Shown: positions 39,020-44,364, counted from the first letter of the stretch. The stretch: DNA of 64,000 nt from Clostridiales bacterium (GCA_004557245.1 SFEL01000014.1:2093-66092), one strand, 5' to 3'. Numbers and translations are program-made. The notes: a model not told the origin generated them from the letters alone.

Positions 39020-39110
39020 ATAATGAAGCCACCTCCCCTAAAAAGCGTCCTTACCTGTACAGTTTTCCTTAAAAGCGGGGAGGATTATTCATAAAAATAC
39101 CGCCCGCTCA

Positions 39111-39139
39111 TTGACATGAACGGGCGGCATGGGTATAAT
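39111..39139 (+). promoter_or_regulatory. Consensus sigma-A promoter (TTGACA-17 nt-TATAAT) for candidate antisense sRNA A
   Basis: TTGACA lies at 39111-39116 and TATAAT at 39134-39139. The -35 sits in the loop of the CCGCCCG/CGGGCGG hairpin. Confidence 0.6.
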
Positions 39140-39145
39140 GACAGT

Positions 39146-39233
39146 AGGGTAAGACCTAAACGGTCAGCCACATCACAGTATTAGTTTTCCAAAAGGAAAA
39201 ACCGCTCTGGTTGCAGCAGGGCGGTTATTTTTT
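39146..39233 (+). ncRNA. Candidate cis-antisense sRNA A (putative antitoxin RNA)
   Basis: It starts about 7 nt after the TATAAT and ends at the intrinsic terminator ACCGCTCTGG..CAGGGCGGTTATTTTTT. The U-tract is complementary to the last codons of ORF A. Confidence 0.5.
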
Positions 39234-39302
39234 CCTTATGGTGATAGTCACCGATTTTACCTCGCGCAAAAGCGCGAAAAGAATAACCAGTAATTTCATC
39301 AT
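39225..39302 (-). CDS. 25-aa hydrophobic/basic peptide MMKLLVILFALLREVKSVTITIRKK (putative type I toxin A)
   Basis: GGAGG SD 7 nt upstream, sequestered in the CACACTCTCC-GAAA-GGAGGTGTG hairpin. The frame is conserved in copy B despite 15 changed codons. Confidence 0.5.
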   Translation of the reverse strand: MMKLLVILFALLREVKSVTITIRKK

Positions 39303-39366
39303 AGGCCACACCTCCTTTCGGAGAGTGTGCTGACCGCCGCTTGCCCTATGCATTATACTTGAAAAT

Positions 39367-39396
39367 ATTATAGCGCAACTGTCTTAATTTGTCGAA
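39367..39396 (-). promoter_or_regulatory. Promoter for small ORF A (TCGACA-17 nt-TATAAT), overlapped by a TGTCGAA Spo0A-box-like heptamer
   Basis: On the minus strand the -35 lies at 39395-39390 and the -10 at 39372-39367. Plus-strand TGTCGAA lies at 39390-39396. Confidence 0.5.
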
Positions 39397-39417
39397 TAAA
39401 AAAATACCGCCCGCTCA

Positions 39418-39446
39418 TTGACATGAACGGGCAGCATGGGTATAAT
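39418..39446 (+). promoter_or_regulatory. Consensus sigma-A promoter (TTGACA-17 nt-TATAAT) for candidate antisense sRNA B
   Basis: TTGACA lies at 39418-39423 and TATAAT at 39441-39446. Confidence 0.6.
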
Positions 39447-39452
39447 AACAGT

Positions 39453-39540
39453 AGGGTAAGACCTAAACGGTCAGCCGTCCTTAAAGTTTTATTCCCTTAC
39501 GGGAACTACCGCTCTGATGTCAGCAGGGCGGTTATTTTTT
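39453..39540 (+). ncRNA. Candidate cis-antisense sRNA B (putative antitoxin RNA)
   Basis: Same architecture as sRNA A. The central hairpin has a different sequence but the same fold (TTCCC-ttac-GGGAA). Confidence 0.5.
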
Positions 39541-39609
39541 GCGAATGGTGATTGTCACCGACTTTATATCGCTTAACCAAGCAATAATGAAAGCCAATAA
39601 TTTCATCAT
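39532..39609 (-). CDS. 25-aa peptide MMKLLAFIIAWLSDIKSVTITIRKK (putative type I toxin B)
   Basis: Same length and frame as ORF A, with an identical KSVTITIRKK tail encoded by partly synonymous codons. The SD is hairpin-sequestered. Confidence 0.5.
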   Translation of the reverse strand: MMKLLAFIIAWLSDIKSVTITIRKK

Positions 39610-39673
39610 AAGCCACACCTCCTTTCGGATGGTGTGCTGACCGCCGCTTGCCCTGTGTATTATACTTGAAAAT

Positions 39674-39703
39674 ATTATAGCGCAACTGTCTTAATTTGTC
39701 GAA
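39674..39703 (-). promoter_or_regulatory. Promoter for small ORF B (TCGACA-17 nt-TATAAT) with an overlapping TGTCGAA heptamer
   Basis: On the minus strand the -35 lies at 39702-39697 and the -10 at 39679-39674. Confidence 0.5.
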
Positions 39704-39710
39704 TAAAAAA

Positions 39711-39898
39711 CTTCTTGACCCCCCACGGGGGTTGATAAGGGGTCGCAGCCCCTTATTTTCAATCCGGCTTTGGCGACATGCGCGTCAAAACGGATGAAAA
39801 GCTGCGCTTTTCCTTCCCTGCATCCTATGCTGGCCGCGCCGCAGGCGCAAGCAGAGGATGAAAAAACGTCGCAAAAGCGAAGTTTTCGCTTTTACGAA
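39711..39898 (+). repeat. Multi-hairpin intergenic repeat element, copy 3 (subtype b)
   Basis: It shares the 5' modules (GGTTGATAAGGGGTCGCAGCCCCTTAT; TTTGGCGACATGCGCGTCAAA) with all copies and the central module (TGCTGGCCGCGCCGCAGGCGCAAGCA) with copy 5. The 3' hairpin is a variant (CGCAAAAGCGAA-gttt-TCGCTTTTACG). Confidence 0.8.
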
Positions 39899-39911
39899 AG
39901 GCTACGCCTGA

Positions 39912-39967
39912 TTTGTTACAATTTCGTAACAAAAAACCCTTGACGTCCGTAACAATTGGTGGTAACA
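39912..39967 (+). promoter_or_regulatory. Promoter region of the surface-protein gene: 20-bp palindrome TTGTTAC-aatttc-GTAACAA, TTGACG-17 nt-TAACAT, and three GTAACA motifs
   Basis: The palindrome lies at 39912-39931, the -35 at 39939-39944 and the -10 at 39962-39967. A ~100-nt hairpin-rich 5' UTR follows. Confidence 0.45.
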
Positions 39968-40072
39968 TATAGGCGTGCTAAGCGGAAGGGCGCCGTAAAA
40001 GGCGCTTCGCCCGGGGGGAAACCCCCGATCACTTGCAAAACACAAAAAATATTTGAAAGGGATTTTAAAGCA

Positions 40073-41056
40073 ATGAAGAAGATTTTTGCAATCGCTCTGG
40101 CTCTGGTCATGGTTCTCTCCATGGCTTCCGCCTTTGCATCCGCTTGCGTAACCGGCCCCTTCAACTGGTCGGCTACTGCTACTGCTGCTAACTGCGGCAA
40201 GGGTAAGGTAGAGGTTGTTCCTTTTGTTAAGGTCAACGACGGCTGCGGCAACTATGTATGGCAGGAGAACAACTGCGCCGCCGCTATCAACTCCGAGAAC
40301 GTTTACTATGCCGTTAAGCTCACCGTTGAGCCCAAGGCTGATAGGGAATGGTGGACAGCCGCTTCTCTGAAGATTGAACTCAAGGGTCTGACTGGCAAAG
40401 CAGGTACTACCGGTACTTGGAATAACCTCTATGGTTCTGCCGGCATCAAATGGGACGAAGAGGATGACACTCTGGTATACTACCTCAAGAATGACGTTAG
40501 CACTTGGGTAAAGGAATCCGATTGGAAAGATATGTCCACTAAGGATCAGGCCGCTTACATCTTCACTGCAAAGGTGACCGATGCTGGTAAGGCTAAGGTT
40601 TGCGCTACCCTGAAGTCCAAGCTGGCCGCATACACCCAGGGCGTACTTGGCAACTACTATGTAGTGGCTAATACTGCCAACCCGAACAACATGACCATTG
40701 AAGTCTACTCCAAGAAGACTGATGGCACGAAGGATAAGCTTCTGGTGAAGTACACCATCAAGGACGAGAAGGTCACTGGTATCGATTGGTCCAATCAGTG
40801 CGGTGCTGACGATTACAACACCATCAAGGCCTACTTCAACCTCGAGATCGGTACTCCTGTAAGCGCAAAGGCTATCAACGACAACTTCGGTTGGGACAAC
40901 AAGGTCGAGTCCTGCTTCCAGTGGAGCAAGAACGGCGCTGCCATCACCAACCCCGAGTGCAAGATCGAGATCCCCAAGACCGGTGACGTATCCGTAGTTG
41001 CTTACGCTGTAATGGCTCTCGTAGCCGCTGCCGGCGCTATGGGTCTGAAGAAGTAA
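40073..41056 (+). CDS. Secreted, sortase-anchored cell-surface protein (IPKTG sorting signal), otherwise uncharacterized
   Basis: Signal peptide MKKIFAIALALVMVLSMASAFA. The C-terminus is IPKTGD, then a hydrophobic stretch VSVVAYAVMALVAAAGAMG, then LKK. No ATA Ile codons occur, unlike every neighbouring gene. Confidence 0.85.
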   Translation: MKKIFAIALALVMVLSMASAFASACVTGPFNWSATATAANCGKGKVEVVPFVKVNDGCGNYVWQENNCAAAINSENVYYAVKLTVEPKADREWWTAASLKIELKGLTGKAGTTGTWNNLYGSAGIKWDEEDDTLVYYLKNDVSTWVKESDWKDMSTKDQAAYIFTAKVTDAGKAKVCATLKSKLAAYTQGVLGNYYVVANTANPNNMTIEVYSKKTDGTKDKLLVKYTIKDEKVTGIDWSNQCGADDYNTIKAYFNLEIGTPVSAKAINDNFGWDNKVESCFQWSKNGAAITNPECKIEIPKTGDVSVVAYAVMALVAAAGAMGLKK

Positions 41057-41122
41057 TTAAGCTTCAAACCAGGGGGCGGCTCTGCCGCCCCTAAACTTGA
41101 CTTCCGCGGGCGTTAGCACAGT

Positions 41123-41146
41123 CCCCCCATGTGGGGGGCTTTTTTT
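41123..41146 (+). terminator. Strong intrinsic terminator (CCCCCCA-tgt-GGGGGG + CTTTTTTT)
   Basis: A G/C hairpin with a T7 run. It is preceded by a second hairpin, GGGGCGGC-tct-GCCGCCCC, at 41073-41091. Confidence 0.8.
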
Positions 41147-41282
41147 GGCTGAAAGCGCTCCAAAGGAACGGGGGCGGCTGGTATAAGCTTCGACCACAGA
41201 GGAAGTTCCTCCCCGGGGCACGGGGAGGAACTGACCCGCTGCGGCGGGCCCTCAGCACACCATCCGAAAGGGGGTGTGAAGT

Positions 41283-41390
41283 ATGATTGAGTTGATTATC
41301 ATTCTTTTTGTTGCGCTGAAGCGTGAAATAAAGTCTGATACCCGTACCGTCTGCGTATGTCAATGCGTGGACGGTATTTTTACGCATTAA
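41283..41390 (+). CDS. 35-aa variant small ORF C (MIELIIILFVALKREIKSDTRTVCVCQCVDGIFTH), possibly degenerate
   Basis: The N-terminal 18 aa are homologous to ORFs A and B. The 3' part reads through what is a terminator/antisense-promoter hairpin in the other copies. Confidence 0.3.
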   Translation: MIELIIILFVALKREIKSDTRTVCVCQCVDGIFTH

Positions 41391-41546
41391 AACAGCTTTC
41401 AGCCGTATAAGCTGCAAGCGCTCTAAAGGAATGGGACAAGCCCGTATAAGCTGCGACCACAGAGGAAGTTCCGGCGCGGGAGACGCGCCGGAACTGACCC
41501 GCCTGCGGCGGGCCCTCAGCACACCATCCGAAAGGGGGTGTGAAGT

Positions 41547-41606
41547 ATGATTGAGTTGATTATCATTCTTTTTGTTGCGCTGAAGCGTGAAATAAAGTCT
41601 GTATAA
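41547..41606 (+). CDS. 19-aa variant small ORF D (MIELIIILFVALKREIKSV)
   Basis: Same 5' UTR hairpin (CACACC..GGTGTG around AAAGGGGG) and N-terminus as ORF C. The stop lies directly at the antisense promoter. Confidence 0.35.
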   Translation: MIELIIILFVALKREIKSV

Positions 41607-41608
41607 GT

Positions 41609-41637
41609 ATTATACCCATTCCCCCTTTCCGTGTCAA
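41609..41637 (-). promoter_or_regulatory. Consensus antisense promoter (TTGACA-17 nt-TATAAT) firing back across small ORF D
   Basis: On the minus strand TTGACA lies at 41637-41632 and TATAAT at 41614-41609. The -35 is in the loop of the CCCCCT..AGGGGGG hairpin. The cognate site in unit C has TTGACA-17-TATCAG. Confidence 0.5.
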
Positions 41638-41812
41638 CGGATAGGGGGGATTTTCTTAGTATCGGCCACAGAGGAAGTTCCGTCTGCGGGCGGTATTTTT
41701 TCCGCAATCAGAAATATTTCACCCCCCGTTCACCCTTTTCTGTGAAAAACAGGGTATAATAGACACGCATGGCATATATATGCCGTTAAATTAAAAAGGT
41801 CAGGAGATAAGC

Positions 41813-42124
41813 ATGGAAATACAGCTTACAACAGAAAACTTCGCAAGTGTCACCAATACCGACAAGCCGGTGCTCATAGACTTCTGGGCAACATGGTGCG
41901 GCCCCTGCCGCATGATAGCCCCCGTCATAGAGGAGATAGCCCAGGAGCGGGCGGATATACTGGTCTGCAAGTGCAACGTTGACGAGGAGGTCCCGCTGGC
42001 GGCCCAGTTCGGCGTGAACGTAATACCTACCCTCGTGGTGCTGAAAAACGGCCGCGTAGCCGCCCGTACAGAGGGCCTCACCGGCAAGCAGAACATAATA
42101 AGGCTGGTGGAAAACGCCATATGA
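41813..42124 (+). CDS. trxA: Thioredoxin
   Basis: WCGPC active site. 103 aa. Confidence 0.95.
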   Translation: MEIQLTTENFASVTNTDKPVLIDFWATWCGPCRMIAPVIEEIAQERADILVCKCNVDEEVPLAAQFGVNVIPTLVVLKNGRVAARTEGLTGKQNIIRLVENAI

Positions 42125-42318
42125 AGATAAGGCTTAATGAGGACGAGCAGATAGTGAAGCTGATAAAGCAGGGCCTCAGCGAGCGCAACGGCCATTGCCC
42201 CTGCGTGCGGGAGATAAGCGACGACACAAAGTGCATGTGCAAGCAGTTCCGCCAGCAGATAGCCGACCCCGACTTTGAGGGGTACTGCCACTGCATGCTT
42301 TACTATAAGGAAAAATAG
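42121..42318 (+). CDS. Small Cys-rich protein resembling the ferredoxin:thioredoxin reductase catalytic domain
   Basis: CPC-x9-CMC-x15-CHCMLY; plant and cyanobacterial FTR-B has CPC..CPC..CHCMLF. The start overlaps the trxA stop (ATGA). Confidence 0.6.
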   Translation: MKIRLNEDEQIVKLIKQGLSERNGHCPCVREISDDTKCMCKQFRQQIADPDFEGYCHCMLYYKEK

Positions 42319-42340
42319 GGCGGAGAAATATAACGCCGTC

Positions 42341-42404
42341 CCTTCTTTCTCTTTTCTTTTCGGGCGAAAAGAAAAGCAGAAAGAAGCAAAGAGAAAAGAA
42401 AAGC
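42341..42404. repeat. Polypyrimidine/polypurine inverted + mirror repeat unit, copy 2
   Basis: CCTTCTTTCTCTTTTCTTTTC-gggc-GAAAAGAAAAGCAGAAAGAAG-CAAAGAGAAAAGAAAAGC. The arms are identical to those at 35233-35296; only the loop differs. Confidence 0.85.
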
Positions 42405-42427
42405 CCGACGATATTTGTAAATTTAAA

Positions 42428-42620
42428 GGCTGTGGGAAAAGTCCCCGGGGTTGATAAGGGGTCGCAACCCCTTATATTCAATCCGGCTCTGACGGCGTGT
42501 ACGTCAGAACGGATGAAAACCGGAGGTTTTCGTACTCTGCGGGTTTTGCCGCCCGGGAGCGAATGCGAGAGGCAAAACGCGAAAAGAACTCGGAAAAGTG
42601 GTCTTTAGCCACTTTTCCGA
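42428..42620 (+). repeat. Multi-hairpin intergenic repeat element, copy 4 (subtype a)
   Basis: All five hairpin modules are present and the central part is nearly identical to copy 2. Confidence 0.85.
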
Positions 42621-42718
42621 TATCATACTGCAAAAGCGCTTGCAAATATGCCGGGCCATGTATTATGCTTAGTGTAACGGTTTAACGGTAAATTAACACA
42701 AGGAGCGCTGAATACATA

Positions 42719-42859
42719 ATGGAACAGAAGGACAACAATAACGGCAATAAGCTTTCCGGCAGAACCGTAGCGGGCTGCGGCCTGGCGCTGCTGATGTTTT
42801 TTCTGCTGCTGGGCGCGCTGATATTCGGCTATGTTTACTTTGTAAAGCTGGGAAAGTGA
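42719..42859 (+). CDS. Possible 46-aa single-TM peptide (MEQKDNNNGNKLSGRTVAGCGLALLMFFLLLGALIFGYVYFVKLGK)
   Basis: Read by eye; it is below the ORF-track cutoff. It has a polar N-terminus, a clear TM segment and a basic end. AAGGAG lies 13 nt upstream, which is long spacing. It sits 20 nt before the pentapeptide-repeat gene. Confidence 0.3.
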   Translation: MEQKDNNNGNKLSGRTVAGCGLALLMFFLLLGALIFGYVYFVKLGK

Positions 42860-42878
42860 CGCCGGGAAAGGGCGCTGT

Positions 42879-43577
42879 ATGGAGCCTGTATCAAAGGAAG
42901 AATTCCTGCTTAAGCTGGAGCAGGCGCGCAAATGCCGCACCGGCCTTGAATCCCTGTGCCTTCACGATGCGGACATATCCGGCGCCGATTTTTCCGGGCT
43001 GGACTGCCAGTGGTGGGACATGAAGAACGTATGCCTGGACGGCTGCAGCTTTGAGGGCGCTACGATTGCAAACGGCAAGTTCGAAAACTGCACCTTTGTG
43101 GGGGCGAACTTCAGGAACGCCGGCCTTCAGGGGGCAGACCTCCGCAATGCCGATCTTACCGGCATTGACCTTCGGGGAGGCAACGTATACAGCGCATGGC
43201 TTGAGGGGGCCAGGCTGGACGGCATAATACAGGACGAAAGCACCAGGTATTTCCGGCTGCGCTGCCCCGAAAGGGGGGCCTTTATAGGCTATAAGAAGTG
43301 CTACGAGGACAGGGTGGTAATGCTGCTCATCCCAGCCGATGCAAAGCGGGTATCCGCCACCAACAACGCCTGCCGCTGCAACAAGGCCAAGGTGCTGACA
43401 ATAACCAGCTTTGACTTTACGCAAAGCTACGACTGGGCGGTGTCGCTTGTTGACGAGAACTTCATATATAAAAAGGGCGAATGGATCTATCCCGACAGGT
43501 TCACCGAGGACAGGTGGGTAGAGTCCACCTACGGAATACATTTCTGGATGAGCCGCAGCGAAGCCATAGCCTACTGA
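42879..43577 (+). CDS. Pentapeptide-repeat protein with a conserved C-terminal domain of unknown function
   Basis: Runs of A(D/N)LxG pentapeptides (ANFRNAGLQGADLRNADLTGIDLRG). The C-terminal ~110 aa are non-repetitive. Confidence 0.8.
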   Translation: MEPVSKEEFLLKLEQARKCRTGLESLCLHDADISGADFSGLDCQWWDMKNVCLDGCSFEGATIANGKFENCTFVGANFRNAGLQGADLRNADLTGIDLRGGNVYSAWLEGARLDGIIQDESTRYFRLRCPERGAFIGYKKCYEDRVVMLLIPADAKRVSATNNACRCNKAKVLTITSFDFTQSYDWAVSLVDENFIYKKGEWIYPDRFTEDRWVESTYGIHFWMSRSEAIAY

Positions 43578-43609
43578 TAAAACTTAGATTTTCTGCGCAT
43601 ACTCTGCCT

Positions 43610-43996
43610 ATGAAAAAGGCGGAGTATTTTTTTGCATATTTTAATAAGAAGAATATCAATAAGCTGCTTGCGGGGCTGCTGGCGGGGCTGTGCAACGGGC
43701 TTTTCGGCTCGGGCGGCGGGGCTGTGGCAGTAGTGGCTCTGGAGCGAATGTGCGGCTTTGCGTCAAAGGATGCCCATGCCACCGCCATAAGCATAATGCT
43801 GCCCCTTACCTTTGCCAGCGCGGCTGTGTATTGCGCAGGCGGCGGGGTGGATTGGCATACCCTGCTTTTCGCGGCGCCGGGGGCCATACTGGGCAGCATT
43901 GCCGGGGCAAAGCTGACCGGCAGGATGAAGTCCGCCGCGCTGGATAAGCTGTTCGCCGCGGTGATGTTCTGTGCAGGGGTGTGGATGCTGCTGTGA
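43610..43996 (+). CDS. Half-size (4-TM) TSUP/TauE-SafE family membrane protein, first of a pair
   Basis: The GLFGSGGGAVAV motif and four predicted TM segments. The start is set at MKKAEYFF. Confidence 0.75.
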   Translation: MKKAEYFFAYFNKKNINKLLAGLLAGLCNGLFGSGGGAVAVVALERMCGFASKDAHATAISIMLPLTFASAAVYCAGGGVDWHTLLFAAPGAILGSIAGAKLTGRMKSAALDKLFAAVMFCAGVWMLL

Positions 43997-44364
43997 GGGA
44001 GCTGCTGCTTTTTGCCATAGCCGCCGCCGCAGGGGTGATCTCCGGCATGGGAATGGGGGGCGGCACGCTGCTCATACCTGCGCTTACGCTGCTGATGGGC
44101 ATCCCGCAGAGGCAGGCCCAGGGGGTCAACATGCTGTCCTTCCTGCCCGCCGCAGCCGTTGCGCTGTATATACACAAAAAAGAGGGAAGGCTGGAGCTTA
44201 AAAGCAGCCTGCCCGTAATAGCCGCGGGCATTGTGGGAGCTCTCGCAGGGGCGCTGGCCGCCGGCTGGCTCAAGGAGGAATGGCTGAAAAAAGCCTTCGG
44301 ATTATTTTTAACAATCTTGTCTATTATTCAGTATATAGGAAGATCGCCAAAGGGCCGGGTTTGA
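43993..44364 (+). CDS. Half-size (4-TM) TSUP/TauE-SafE family membrane protein, second of a pair
   Basis: The GMGMGGGTLLIP motif. A GTG start overlaps the upstream stop (GTGA); the ORF track offers the alternative GTG at 43981. Confidence 0.7.
   Translation: MRELLLFAIAAAAGVISGMGMGGGTLLIPALTLLMGIPQRQAQGVNMLSFLPAAAVALYIHKKEGRLELKSSLPVIAAGIVGALAGALAAGWLKEEWLKKAFGLFLTILSIIQYIGRSPKGRV

Larger units (their letters stand above)
39093..39710. repeat. Tandem duplication (2 x ~307 bp) of a small-ORF/antisense-RNA module
   Basis: Unit 1 spans 39093-39399 and unit 2 spans 39400-39710. Promoters, UTRs and terminators are nearly identical. The ORF and the central sRNA hairpin have diverged. Confidence 0.9.
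41151..41705. repeat. Tandem array (2 units of ~263 bp plus a truncated third) of a variant small-ORF module, inverted relative to 39093-39710
   Basis: The repeated block is AAGCGCTCyAAAGGAAyGGG..GTATAAGCTkCGACCACAGAGGAAGTTCC-hairpin-GGAACTGACCCGC..GCGGGCCCTCAGCACACCATCCGAAAGGGGGTGTGAAGTATGATTGAG. Confidence 0.85.

Noticed and set aside
39093-39710. Considered a CRISPR array or a generic tandem repeat.
   Set aside because: The units are ~307 bp and contain promoters, an ORF and terminators. There is no short repeat/spacer periodicity and there are no cas genes.
39912-39931. Considered the TTGTTAC-N6-GTAACAA palindrome as a Rex operator. Also considered TTGTGAAGCTGTTGAAAA upstream of rnfC (44545-44562).
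   Set aside because: Rex sites are 7-4-7 (TTGTGAA-N4-TTCACAA). The first candidate has 6-nt spacing and different half-sites. The second matches only one half-site.
41091-41522. A 143-aa minus-strand ORF across the right-hand small-ORF array.
   Set aside because: It runs through terminators, promoters and duplicated units. The repeat structure explains its length, and it has no RBS.
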